Part shown: positions 1 to 9,097 of the stretch, piece by piece
How the letters are laid out: every line of letters starts with the position of its first letter
How positions within the stretch are numbered: position 1 is the first letter of the stretch
Assembly (NCBI GenBank): GCA_039656555.1
Contig: JBDHLU010000004.1
Span: forward strand, 1 to 53,681
Source: Gemmatimonadota bacterium
Lineage (GTDB): Bacteria > Gemmatimonadota > Gemmatimonadetes > Gemmatimonadales > GWC2-71-9
Direction: 5' to 3'
DNA length: 53,681 nt
Made by a program: the position numbers and the translations under genes
Notes under the pieces: model-generated
Database searches by the model: none
What the model saw: only the letters and a program-made list of their open reading frames with translations
What the model was told of the DNA's origin: nothing

Positions 1-276
1 GCCATTGAGGCCTTGATCGCGGGTGTCCCCGTAGTGGTCACAGAAGCAGGGGGAGGACTCCTCGACGTTGTGGGCGAGGGAGACCACGGGAGAGTCGTGC
101 CGGCGCGCCAACCTGAGGCACTGGCCGATGCTGTCGAGACGTTTCTGGACAATCCGTTGGCGCGGGCCGCGGCCGCCGCGGCCGGAAAGGAATGGCGAGC
201 AGCCCTGGATCCGGATGTCGTGGCCGAGTCGTTCGAACGGATCTACGAGTCCGTCGCCGGTCAGGTGGGAGCGTGA
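1..276 (+). CDS. Glycosyltransferase family 4 (GT-B), C-terminal fragment, truncated by window edge
   Basis: Frame is open from base 1: AIEALIAGVPVVVTEAGG...GRVVPARQPEALADAV matches the GT4 E-A-x-A-x-G-x-P-V-V motif. Confidence 0.8.
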   Translation, partial: AIEALIAGVPVVVTEAGGGLLDVVGEGDHGRVVPARQPEALADAVETFLDNPLARAAAAAAGKEWRAALDPDVVAESFERIYESVAGQVGA

Positions 277-1199
277 ACCGGCGCTCGGTGCTTATCTGGG
301 GTGGCCAAGCCGTACTTGCCATCGTCATGGCCGTGTTCGTGTGGCGGGCGCTATCGGCGCAGTGGGACGAGTTAAAGGGCCTCGATTTCGATCTCGACGT
401 TCGCGTGGGCTTACTCATGGCGGCAGGGGGTGCCGTGCTCGCGGTGTACGCGATCTTGATCATGGCGTGGCGCGGTGTTCTCAAGGGTTGGTCGCAGGAC
501 CTTCCGTTTGCGGCGGCCAGCAGTATCTGGTGTGTCTCCAACCTGGGGCGATACCTCCCGGGCAAGGTCTGGAGTGTGGCGGGATTGGCGGTGTTGGCGC
601 AGCGGCAGGGGGTGAGCGCTTGGGCGGCCGTAGGATCGGCTCTGACCATGCAGGCGCTGAGCTTGGGCAGCGGGGTGGCCGTGGTGGCATTGACTGTTCC
701 TGCGGTGGCCCCGGCACTTCAGCTATCGGCGGCGGGGGCCGTCGTAGTCGTGGTCCTCGTCGTGTTGGTATCTCCAACCATCGGCCCGCAGGTCATCCGG
801 TTGGTGGGCCGGGGAGACTACGAGTACCATCCACTCCCGATCAGGGTAGTTGTCATGGGACTCGTCGCGACAGCCCTGGCGTGGATCGGGTATGGGGTCG
901 CCTTCAAGCTGCTCATTCAAGGCCTGGTTCCCAACGCAGAGATTGAGGTGGCCACATCCATTGGTGTCTTTGCGGCCGGATATATTGTAGGATTCCTGGC
1001 CCTGTTTGCGCCGGGGGGGCTAGGCGTACGGGAAGCCGTATACATGGCGATGCTCATGCCGATCCTCGGAGGGAGCGCCGCGCTCGCCGTATCGGTCGCA
1101 TCACGAATTCTGCTGACGGTCACGGAAGTGGTCGCAGCGCTAGCAGGTCTCACCCTGTCACGCAAGGGAAATGGACGAAGGGCAACTCGAACGGTTTGA
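273..1199 (+). CDS. Lysylphosphatidylglycerol synthase TM / flippase-like membrane protein (UPF0104 type)
   Basis: Multi-TM protein with SNLGRYLPGKVW and APGGLGVRE motifs; GTG start overlaps the upstream TGA (GTGA). Confidence 0.75.
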   Translation: MNRRSVLIWGGQAVLAIVMAVFVWRALSAQWDELKGLDFDLDVRVGLLMAAGGAVLAVYAILIMAWRGVLKGWSQDLPFAAASSIWCVSNLGRYLPGKVWSVAGLAVLAQRQGVSAWAAVGSALTMQALSLGSGVAVVALTVPAVAPALQLSAAGAVVVVVLVVLVSPTIGPQVIRLVGRGDYEYHPLPIRVVVMGLVATALAWIGYGVAFKLLIQGLVPNAEIEVATSIGVFAAGYIVGFLALFAPGGLGVREAVYMAMLMPILGGSAALAVSVASRILLTVTEVVAALAGLTLSRKGNGRRATRTV

Positions 1200-3531
1200 A
1201 CCGCGTTGGCCAACGCTCGCCGCGTTGGGGTTCTTCTGCTTGTGGATCGCGATTCTGTCGCTGCCGATGTTGGGCGGCGACTTTGTTGCTGCGCCGTACA
1301 ACGACCAATACGCAACAGGACTAGCATTCCGTGAGTGGGCTGCCTCACAATGGAAGGCGCTCGGCCATTTCCCGCTTTGGAATCCCGAATTATATGCCGG
1401 ACTCCCGTTCGTCGCGGCGATGCACGGAGATCTGTTCTATCCAACGACGTTCCTGCGACTGGTCTTCCCGACCCACGTAGCGATGAACCTCGGGTTCGTG
1501 ATTCACTACGTTCTCGTCGGTTTGTTCATGTACTTGTTGCTGCGCGCCCTGCGTACCGGATGGACCGCTGCTGTAGCCGGTGGGGTGGTCTACCAGTTGT
1601 CAGGCGTGATCGGTTCGTACGTAAGCCCTGGGCACGATGGGAAACTATTCGTGACGGCCATGCTGCCGCTCGGATTCCTCGCTCTCGTGTGGGCGTTACG
1701 CGATCGGCGCTTGGAGGGCTATGCGTTGTTCGCGCTTTCGGTCGGGTTGGCGCTGCTCAGTCCCCATCCGCAGATGGCGCAGTACTTTCTGCTTGCAGCC
1801 GGTATCTTTGCACTGTATTTAGTGCTCGATCGGCCGGAACGCGATTGGAAACGCATATCGCTGCAGCTTAGTGGGGCGATGAGTGCCGTTCTGCTCGGCA
1901 TTGGGATATCGCTCGTGCAATACCTGCCGTTCCTGGCCTACATCCCATTCTCACCGCGCGACGAAGCCGTCGTCGCGGATTTCGCGTTCTCAGCGTCGTA
2001 CGCGATCCCGTGGGCTCACGTACCGGAATTTCTGGTGCCGCGATTCGCCGGTGAGTGGTTCAATGGAACCTACTGGGGGCCGAACGGGATCAAGCTGCAC
2101 TCGGAATATCTGGGCTTGTCGGCGATCGCACTTGCCATCTTTGGTGCCTGGGACAAAGATCGTCGCCGTGTCTCGATGTGGTTGGGAGGTATTGCACTAC
2201 TGTTCCTGCTAGTTGCCATGGGGTCGGCGACACCGTTCTTCCGCGTTTGGTGGGAGGTCGTCCCGTTCGTGAAGTCGACGCGCGCGCCTGGGATGGCCCT
2301 GTTCGTCGTGAGCGCCATGGTCGGCATACTAGCCGCCTTCGGGGTCGATCGGATCGAAAAGGACGCGGCGGCGGTGCCGATCAAAGTGTGGCTGGCGGTG
2401 GGAGGGGCGGTTGTCGTGTTGGGGTTGTTGGGTGTATTCGGGGCCATCGCGGAAACGATGGCGCCTCCGGAACTGCGCACGCGTGCGGTGGCGGGGGGTG
2501 CTGGGGTTCGCACCGGTGCGCTGGTTGCCGGGCTGGCACTGGTGGCGGTCGCCGCCCTCGCGTTCGGCAAGGCGCGTGGGCGCCTCCCCGCGACATTTGC
2601 AGCGTTGGGGTTGGTCGTCGTCCTGGGAAGCGAAATGTGGCTGAACGCGAGCACTTTCTGGAATTACAGCCGACCCCAAGACGGGCTGTTTGCCGATGAC
2701 GAGATCAAATCGTATCTGCGTGATGTCGAACGTCCGTACCGGGTCTGGTCGGTTCCGACCCAGGTCGGGCATGTGTACCCTCAGTCGGCGCTGATGGCGG
2801 ATGGGATCGCCCAATGGTATGGCCACCACGGGAACGAGCTGCATAGCTTTGACCTAGTCAACGCGCGGCGTGGCATCAGCCTGGCATTCGCGAACGAGGG
2901 GGATCCGCGATTGATGGATCTGTATGCGATTCGCTATCTCATCGCACCCGCCAACGCGGTGGATGACTCGATTCCCGGATTCAGTTTCGTCTTCCGCAAT
3001 GTTCTGTCGTCAACGGGGATGCAAGCCACGCTTATCGAACGCGACGATCCCACACCCTACGCCCGGGTGGTACCGGCCGGCGTGATGATTCCGGAAGCGG
3101 AAGTCGTCCCGACTCTGCTCGATCAGCGTGTGCCGTTGGATAGGGTGGTAGTGTTCTCGGACCAGCTGGACTTCCAGTTTCCGGCTATCGACACGCTGCC
3201 TCCGCCTGCCACGGCGGTGGCGTCATTCGCCGAGTGGCGGCCCGGCTACATGCGCATAGAACTGAGCGAGCCCGCACCGGTGAACTCGTTCCTGGTCATC
3301 GCCGAAAACTGGTACAAGGATTGGTCTGCTACGGTCGACGGGCAGCCAACACCGACGCTCCAAGGCAACGGGTCGCTCCTCACGGTCCCGCTCAGTGCCG
3401 GCGCTCGGAACGTGGAACTCCGGTTCGAGAGCAGGGAATTCCAGCGTGGCAAGTGGCTCACGCTTCTCAGCCTGATCGTCGTGTTGGGTGGATGCATCGC
3501 CCCACCGGTTTGGAGGCGTCGCCGTGGCTGA
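1171..3531 (+). CDS. YfhO-family membrane protein (putative GT-C glycosyltransferase)
   Basis: PLWNP..YAGLPF N-terminal motif, many TM segments, C-terminal ENWYKDWSATVDG...VPLSAG..VELRF followed by a TM helix. Confidence 0.8.
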   Translation: MDEGQLERFEPRWPTLAALGFFCLWIAILSLPMLGGDFVAAPYNDQYATGLAFREWAASQWKALGHFPLWNPELYAGLPFVAAMHGDLFYPTTFLRLVFPTHVAMNLGFVIHYVLVGLFMYLLLRALRTGWTAAVAGGVVYQLSGVIGSYVSPGHDGKLFVTAMLPLGFLALVWALRDRRLEGYALFALSVGLALLSPHPQMAQYFLLAAGIFALYLVLDRPERDWKRISLQLSGAMSAVLLGIGISLVQYLPFLAYIPFSPRDEAVVADFAFSASYAIPWAHVPEFLVPRFAGEWFNGTYWGPNGIKLHSEYLGLSAIALAIFGAWDKDRRRVSMWLGGIALLFLLVAMGSATPFFRVWWEVVPFVKSTRAPGMALFVVSAMVGILAAFGVDRIEKDAAAVPIKVWLAVGGAVVVLGLLGVFGAIAETMAPPELRTRAVAGGAGVRTGALVAGLALVAVAALAFGKARGRLPATFAALGLVVVLGSEMWLNASTFWNYSRPQDGLFADDEIKSYLRDVERPYRVWSVPTQVGHVYPQSALMADGIAQWYGHHGNELHSFDLVNARRGISLAFANEGDPRLMDLYAIRYLIAPANAVDDSIPGFSFVFRNVLSSTGMQATLIERDDPTPYARVVPAGVMIPEAEVVPTLLDQRVPLDRVVVFSDQLDFQFPAIDTLPPPATAVASFAEWRPGYMRIELSEPAPVNSFLVIAENWYKDWSATVDGQPTPTLQGNGSLLTVPLSAGARNVELRFESREFQRGKWLTLLSLIVVLGGCIAPPVWRRRRG

Positions 3532-4246
3532 GCGTGCTCTAGTCATCGTGCCCACCTACAACGAGGCGGAGAACATTCAGCCGTTGATCCCGTTGATCCT
3601 GAAGCAGGACCCTCGGATCGAAATACTCGTGGTCGACGACAACTCGCCGGATGGAACCGGCGCCGTAGTCGACCAGATTTCTGCCAACAACTCGCGCGTG
3701 CAGATACTGCATCGCGCGGAAAAACTCGGCTTGGGAACCGCGTACATCGCCGGGTTCAGGTGGGCGCTCGAGCGTGATTACGAGTTCATATTCGAAATGG
3801 ACGCCGATTTTTCACACGATCCCAAGCACTTGCCGGAGTTCCTCGAGGCCATCAAAGATGTCGATCTCGTATTGGGTGCGAGATACTTGAACCGGCGCGT
3901 CACGGTCGTCAACTGGCCGGTCTCACGGCTCCTGCTCAGCTACTTCGCCAACATTTACGCGCGGGTGATCACGGGCATGAAGCTCTGGGACGCTACAGGG
4001 GGGTTCAAGTGTTTTCGCCGTCGCGTGCTCGAGGCCATAGACCTCGACAGTGTGGGGTCGAATGGCTATGCGTTTCAGATCGAGATGAGCTTCCGAGCCA
4101 TACGCCGGGGATTCAAAATCGCCGAGATCCCCATCGTGTTTGTCGATCGGACCGAGGGTACCAGCAAGATGTCCGGGTCGATCGTGCGAGAGGCGGTGTG
4201 GGTGGTTTGGCGGCTTCGGCTCCAGGCGTTGTTCCGGAGGCTCTAA
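3524..4246 (+). CDS. Polyprenol monophosphomannose synthase (GT2, DPM1-like)
   Basis: IVPTYNEAENI, VVDDNSPDGT, EMDADFSHDP, DATGGFK, GYAFQIE; GTG start at 3524. Confidence 0.9.
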   Translation: MAERALVIVPTYNEAENIQPLIPLILKQDPRIEILVVDDNSPDGTGAVVDQISANNSRVQILHRAEKLGLGTAYIAGFRWALERDYEFIFEMDADFSHDPKHLPEFLEAIKDVDLVLGARYLNRRVTVVNWPVSRLLLSYFANIYARVITGMKLWDATGGFKCFRRRVLEAIDLDSVGSNGYAFQIEMSFRAIRRGFKIAEIPIVFVDRTEGTSKMSGSIVREAVWVVWRLRLQALFRRL

Positions 4247-4298
4247 TGGCGGCGTTCACCGGCCTTTGGGCGCGATCCTTGTATCTGGAGTCGAGATT

Positions 4299-5120
4299 GT
4301 GAGAGGCGAGATCATTTTCAAGATGTCGGGGTCCGGCAACGACTTCGTTTTCATCGACGGGCGGGCTAGTCCACTCGAACGTTGGACGCCCGAACGGATT
4401 CGACGGGTATGCACTCGCGGTACCGGTGTCGGGGCGGATGGTCTCATTATACTCGAACCGGGGTCGGTGCCGGGCCACGTCAGGTTCCACTTCTTCAATA
4501 ACGACGGGATCCGGGCCGGGATGTGCGGAAATGGGGCTCTCTGTGCTGCGCGCCTAGCGGCCTGGCTCGAAATGGCTCCAGGAGAGGGAATGGTGCTCGA
4601 GACCGATGCCGGCCCAGTCCTAGCCCGATGCTTGGAGGGCGAGGGTGAGCAGGCCGAAATCGAGATACCCGTTCCGACCCCACTGTCGAACCCAGGCATC
4701 GAACTCGTTCAGGGCGAGCGTTCCATATGGCTCACCAACGTCGGGGTACCCCACCTCGTGGTTCTCGTCGATGACGTGGGCCGGGTAGCACTGGAAACCC
4801 GGGGTAGGGAGCTTCGGAGCCACCCCAGGGTTGGAGCTGACGGAGCCAACGTCAATTTCGTGGCGAACGGTGGAGGTGCACTTGGAGTGCGGACCTACGA
4901 GCGGGGCGTTGAGGCCGAGACCCTCGCTTGTGGTACTGGGGCGGTGGCCTGTGTGGCGGCAATGGCTCTCGAGGGCGCGGTGGCGATCCCGTGCCCGGTT
5001 CGTACAGCGTCCGGGGAGACCCTCACCGTTACCGGCGAGTTGTCCAAGGCGCGGGAATTCACCACGGTCAGGCTGACCGGCCAGGGCCGGATGGTGTTGC
5101 GGGGCTTGTTGGGCAGTTAG
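4299..5120 (+). CDS. dapF: Diaminopimelate epimerase
   Basis: KMSGSGNDF, GVGADG, MCGNG, NVNF, RTYERGVEAETLACGTG (both catalytic Cys); GGAG upstream of GTG at 4299. Confidence 0.95.
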   Translation: MRGEIIFKMSGSGNDFVFIDGRASPLERWTPERIRRVCTRGTGVGADGLIILEPGSVPGHVRFHFFNNDGIRAGMCGNGALCAARLAAWLEMAPGEGMVLETDAGPVLARCLEGEGEQAEIEIPVPTPLSNPGIELVQGERSIWLTNVGVPHLVVLVDDVGRVALETRGRELRSHPRVGADGANVNFVANGGGALGVRTYERGVEAETLACGTGAVACVAAMALEGAVAIPCPVRTASGETLTVTGELSKAREFTTVRLTGQGRMVLRGLLGS

Positions 5121-5226
5121 GACCACAAACCGAGTTGTCCCGGGGAAATCCCCAAAGCTGCGTCAATCTCCTAAATCATTATGTGGCAGGGTCTTAAATG
5201 GCATGGTAGCGGGTGTCCGCGATGTG

Positions 5227-5235
5227 TTATCCACA
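5227..5235 (+). promoter_or_regulatory. Perfect DnaA box TTATCCACA
   Basis: Exact 9-mer in the intergenic region, 15 bp from the dif site. Confidence 0.55.
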
Positions 5236-5250
5236 GTCTCATGGCACCGA

Positions 5251-5278
5251 GCTTAACATAACATATCTTATACGCACT
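5251..5278 (-). other. dif: dif site (XerC/XerD chromosome dimer resolution site)
   Basis: Minus strand reads AGTGCGTATAA-GATATG-TTATGTTAAGC vs E. coli GGTGCGCATAA-TGTATA-TTATGTTAAAT; 11-6-11 structure, located between convergent gene blocks. Confidence 0.92.
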
Positions 5279-5309
5279 TCTCAATAGACCAGAGAAACTG
5301 CGTGAGATC

Positions 5310-5966
5310 CTAGCTCATTCCGGCGGCGGCTTCGAGTTCAGCCACCCGGACGGCAGCCTCGGCGGCACCCTGGGTGCCTTCGAACTCCGTCACGACGCGG
5401 CGGTACGCAGTCACGGCCTTGGCCGTATCGCCAGACGCGGCGTAGGCTCGTCCGGCATCGTTCAAATATTCGGCAGCCATGAAGTCGTACCAGACTTCGG
5501 CGGCCGCGTTCTCGTAGGCCTGGGCCGCCTGACCGTGGTCACCAAGCTCCTCGAGCGCGGTGCCCAACAATCCATGCGCCTGGGCGCGAAACTGGCTTGC
5601 CAGCCCTCGACCGATGGCAGCCTGAACTTCTTGAGCAGCTAGGTCGGGCTGCCCCTGCTGGAGTCTGACCTGGCCCAGCAAGATGACGGCTTCGTCGCCA
5701 GCGAGCGTTCCCCTATAGGTGCTGACCACCCGCGATAGATCACTCGCCGCCAGTGGGAGATTGCCCGTTAGCGCGGCCGTTCGGGCGTTTTCCAATGCCC
5801 CAATGGCCGCGCGTTCCTTGTTCCGCTGGTAGGTCGTGACGAACCAAATCGCGGTAACGACACCCACGACGGCCACCACCGCCCAGGTCACCTGGCGTTG
5901 TCGAGTCTTCAACCAATCGAGGAGCCTGACGGCGGGATCGTGGTGCGTAGCCTTCTCTTCTGCCAA
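5310..5966 (-). CDS. Membrane-anchored tetratricopeptide-repeat protein (YfgM-like)
   Basis: N-terminal TM helix followed by Ala-rich TPR helices (AHGLLGTALEELG...AAQAYE). Confidence 0.7.
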   Translation of the reverse strand: MAEEKATHHDPAVRLLDWLKTRQRQVTWAVVAVVGVVTAIWFVTTYQRNKERAAIGALENARTAALTGNLPLAASDLSRVVSTYRGTLAGDEAVILLGQVRLQQGQPDLAAQEVQAAIGRGLASQFRAQAHGLLGTALEELGDHGQAAQAYENAAAEVWYDFMAAEYLNDAGRAYAASGDTAKAVTAYRRVVTEFEGTQGAAEAAVRVAELEAAAGMS

Positions 5967-6045
5967 CTTCGCCCCTTGGAAAATGTACGATTAAGCCTTG
6001 AAGGCTACTCAGGACCCATAGCCGACACAAGCGGAATGGAAGGCA

Positions 6046-7596
6046 TTATGGCGGCGGTGTTGTAGTGGTAGCGTGGTCCGAGAGACGGTCGAGCAGTTCC
6101 GACAGGATCCGGACGCGCCGTCTGATGAAACCGCGGAACGAAACTCGGGCGGCGACGTACGTTGCACCCCAGGACGCGGCGAAGATCGAAGCGGCCAGCC
6201 ACGATGGAGCAATGCCGCTCAAAACGGTCCCTGAGATAAAGCCGCCCAACGCTCCGCCGCCGATCACCGTCCCGAATGCAAGGAACACCTGCTGCACCCC
6301 ACCGTTCTCGGTGATCCTGATGCGAGTCTTCCCGTCCTTCGGCTTGACCATCACGTGTATGAGACGCCCGGTTCCCTCGAACGAGTTCTGAAAGCTGAGA
6401 GAATTCCACGACAGCGATTTGCCCAGTGTTTCGTTGATGCGCCCCACCTCACCGGTGGCCGCTCGCACCTCTTCCAGCAGGGCCTCGAACTCCTCGACCG
6501 GCAATTCCACGTCCAGCGTGCGTTCCAAGTCGATCTTCGATGGCGCACCGAAGATCCCCCCTCGCTCCGGCATCACTGGTGGCCGGTCGAGTGCCTGCCC
6601 GGCGTCCCGCACGCGATCGGGCGAGAGCCCGACCTCGGCGCCAATGCGTTGGATCGCCGCGAGCGAAAGCGCGCCCTCCTCTGTCGGATGCTCCGCCTGC
6701 TGTTCTGCGGCGTACCTGATCAGGCCCCGTGCTTGGTTTTCGTCATACGCCGGCTTGTGCTGTACGGCCTGCTCGAGCGCTGACGCAAATTCGTTCGGTG
6801 TGGTGTGTCGTTCCTTCCGATGCATGCTCATCGCTTGGACGAGTACCTGCTCGACGGCCGCTGGGAGTTGGTCTAGGCGCTCCCTGTGCAGCGGGAGCGC
6901 GTCGACGAAGCGCCGGTACTTCATTGCCTCATCGGTCACCCACATGCCGGGCGCCTCACCGACCATCATCTCATAGAAAACGCTGGCTAGGCTGTACACG
7001 TCGGTCCGCTCGTCGAGATCGCTGCGGCCAGCCGCCTGCTCCGGACTCATGTAGCCTACGGTCCCGATGGCAAACCCAGTCTGCGTGAGTTTGTTGCCGC
7101 CCGCTGTACTGATGGCCTTGGCGATCCCGAAATCCGCGACCACCGCGTGTCCCTCCGAAAGGAGGATGTTCTCCGGCTTGATGTCCCGATGAACGAGACC
7201 CTTGCGGTGAGCATAGGTCAGGGCGTCAGCCGCTTCCCGCGTGATGGTAAGTGCGGTTGCCAACGTGATCGGGTCCTCTCCATTCAGGAGCGCACGCACC
7301 GAGGGCCCCTCCACAAACGGCATTACGAAATGAAGCACGCCGTTCACGTCACCTGAGTCCAGGAGCGGCACGATGTGAGGGTGGTTGAGCTGCGCGGCGA
7401 TCTCGATCTCCTTGAGGAAGCGAGTGACCGCGATCGACGCCGCCAGATCTGGCCGTAGCACCTTGACCGCAACGGGACGATTGTGCTTCACGTCTTGGGC
7501 GAGATACACGGTGGCCATCCCGCCCCGCCCCACCTCGCGAACGGGATCGTAACGGCCGCGGAGCGCGTCGCGGAGCATCTCCAGTTGGTCAGTCAT
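6046..7596 (-). CDS. Hanks-type Ser/Thr protein kinase with C-terminal two-TM domain
   Basis: GRGGMATV, VAVK, HRDIKPEN, DFG, GTVGYMSPEQ and DVYSL are all intact; hydrophobic C-terminal helices. Confidence 0.93.
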   Translation of the reverse strand: MTDQLEMLRDALRGRYDPVREVGRGGMATVYLAQDVKHNRPVAVKVLRPDLAASIAVTRFLKEIEIAAQLNHPHIVPLLDSGDVNGVLHFVMPFVEGPSVRALLNGEDPITLATALTITREAADALTYAHRKGLVHRDIKPENILLSEGHAVVADFGIAKAISTAGGNKLTQTGFAIGTVGYMSPEQAAGRSDLDERTDVYSLASVFYEMMVGEAPGMWVTDEAMKYRRFVDALPLHRERLDQLPAAVEQVLVQAMSMHRKERHTTPNEFASALEQAVQHKPAYDENQARGLIRYAAEQQAEHPTEEGALSLAAIQRIGAEVGLSPDRVRDAGQALDRPPVMPERGGIFGAPSKIDLERTLDVELPVEEFEALLEEVRAATGEVGRINETLGKSLSWNSLSFQNSFEGTGRLIHVMVKPKDGKTRIRITENGGVQQVFLAFGTVIGGGALGGFISGTVLSGIAPSWLAASIFAASWGATYVAARVSFRGFIRRRVRILSELLDRLSDHATTTTPPP

Positions 7597-7617
7597 GCGG
7601 AGTAAGCTAGCTGATCT

Positions 7618-8622
7618 TTACTTCATCAACTCGGCAGGCCACGTCCACAGCACGTGCCTGTTCTCGAGTAGCCGCGAACAGTTCCATGTGTTTTCCGGAG
7701 AACCGCCGTCGAATCCGCCGACCAAGTGCTCCGCCCGTTCCGCTCGAGCGCGCCCCAGCCTGAACACGGTGCCAAAGACCTTGGGTTTTGGAGCAATCTC
7801 AGGGAACCCGATTCTCTGCAGGTCCACGTGCTGGTATCCGAAAACCTTGGATTTTGCAGCGATCTCAGGGAAATCGAGTCTCTGCAGGTTCACGTCGTGG
7901 TATCCGAACCCAAGGAAACAAACCTTGTCAGCCCCTTTGATCATCGATCTGAGGTCATTGAGATACGGGTCGTCCTCATCGACACCATCTGGTATTACGG
8001 TGATGTTCTTCGCTGCTTCCTGGACCAGCGTGGCGCTGGGTTGATCCCAACCGTATTGCCGCGGCGATCCTACCACTCCGTACACGTGGCTGATTTTCAT
8101 GGCAGAATGCAGGAGCTCCAAGGCCGTGGCGTCGTCGACTTGGAACGTGCTTCGAATCGCCGTGAAGAAGAAACGCTCGAGCGAACGGTCGTAGTTGAAG
8201 GTGATGACGCGGACGTTGTTCAACGCACCGAAGTCATTCTTGTCAGTACCGGCCTTCATCTGCTGCCAGAGCTTCTCATACCAGTGATCGTGCCCCCCAC
8301 CGAACTCTCCCGTGTCCAAGTACACTGGTTGCTCTCTGGACAGAATCAACCATGAAATCGCTATCTTCCCAATCGCAATCTCCAGCTCGGTGGCGCTGGC
8401 GAGAAACTCGTCGATCGTCGGCAGACGCGTTTCTTGGAATCGGCCGCGGAACTCGAGAACACCGTCGTCATGGCCCAGCTCGGATAGGATCGAGCGGAGT
8501 GCCTGGTCAGGATTCAGCAGACCGTTGTCGAGGATCAGGTGCCGGAGGCGGGAGCCGAGCGGATACCCGTACGGATGGCTCGCCCCAGCTCCGAGAATCA
8601 GCACCAGGTTTTCTGTGATCAT
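7618..8622 (-). CDS. Stand-alone SIR2-like (SIR2_2/AbiH-type) protein, putative NADase
   Basis: LVLILGAGAS, VITFNYD, KISHVYG and VCFLGFGY motifs in sirtuin-fold order. Confidence 0.72.
   Translation of the reverse strand: MITENLVLILGAGASHPYGYPLGSRLRHLILDNGLLNPDQALRSILSELGHDDGVLEFRGRFQETRLPTIDEFLASATELEIAIGKIAISWLILSREQPVYLDTGEFGGGHDHWYEKLWQQMKAGTDKNDFGALNNVRVITFNYDRSLERFFFTAIRSTFQVDDATALELLHSAMKISHVYGVVGSPRQYGWDQPSATLVQEAAKNITVIPDGVDEDDPYLNDLRSMIKGADKVCFLGFGYHDVNLQRLDFPEIAAKSKVFGYQHVDLQRIGFPEIAPKPKVFGTVFRLGRARAERAEHLVGGFDGGSPENTWNCSRLLENRHVLWTWPAELMK
7777..7908. repeat. In-frame 2 x 66-bp tandem duplication inside the SIR2-like gene
   Basis: Copies 7777-7842 and 7843-7908 match at 56/66 nt by hand alignment; they encode FGYHDVNLQRLDFPEIAAKSKV and FGYQHVDLQRIGFPEIAPKPKV. 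Confidence 0.95.
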
Positions 8623-8729
8623 GGTCCATGATTATGGCGCCCTGCTCCCCACCTGGCCAACCCCAGCGTCAGGGTCTTGCCCTCGCTCGGTGGTTCCCGA
8701 GACAGGGGCACGCTTCGCTGTTCGGCCTC

Positions 8730-8792
8730 TGCGACCAAAATGGTTGCGCAACATGAACCAATGGATGACATTCCGATACCAAAATGGTCGCA
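8730..8792. promoter_or_regulatory. Two palindromic operator-like sites in the divergent SIR2/HTH intergenic region
   Basis: GCGACCAAAATGGTTGC (8731-8747) and GATACCAAAATGGTCGC (8775-8791) share the core ACCAAAATGGT, 44 bp apart. Confidence 0.65.
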
Positions 8793-8806
8793 CAGGGAGG
8801 TGTCGC

Positions 8807-9079
8807 ATGGGTGTCGATTCACTGGCGCCACGGGTGATCCAGGCATTGCAGCATGCGCCCTGCTCTCTCCGGGCCTTGGCTCGAGAGGCTGGGGTTCCGC
8901 ATTCCACGCTGGTTTCGATTCGGAAGGGGGACCGCACGCCCACCTGGGAGGTGGCCGATAGGCTGCAGGCGGCCCTGACGCTATGGGGCGAGCGGTGTCA
9001 CGCCGCGGCCGCCTTCATAGAGGGGGCCCACTTGGCAGCCGCCAAACGGCTGGCGGCCCGTGAACGTCGATCGGAGTAG
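8807..9079 (+). CDS. Small XRE/Cro-like helix-turn-helix regulator (90 aa)
   Basis: SLRALAREAGVPHSTLVSIRKGDRTPT HTH pattern; GGGAGG Shine-Dalgarno 6 nt before ATG at 8807. Confidence 0.8.
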   Translation: MGVDSLAPRVIQALQHAPCSLRALAREAGVPHSTLVSIRKGDRTPTWEVADRLQAALTLWGERCHAAAAFIEGAHLAAAKRLAARERRSE

Positions 9080-9097
9080 GATGACCGCTGAAACGCT

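Noticed and set aside
7777-7908. 66-bp duplication as a DGR template/variable repeat pair
   Set aside because: The 10 differences are not adenine-specific on either strand, the copies are directly tandem and in frame, and no reverse transcriptase is present.
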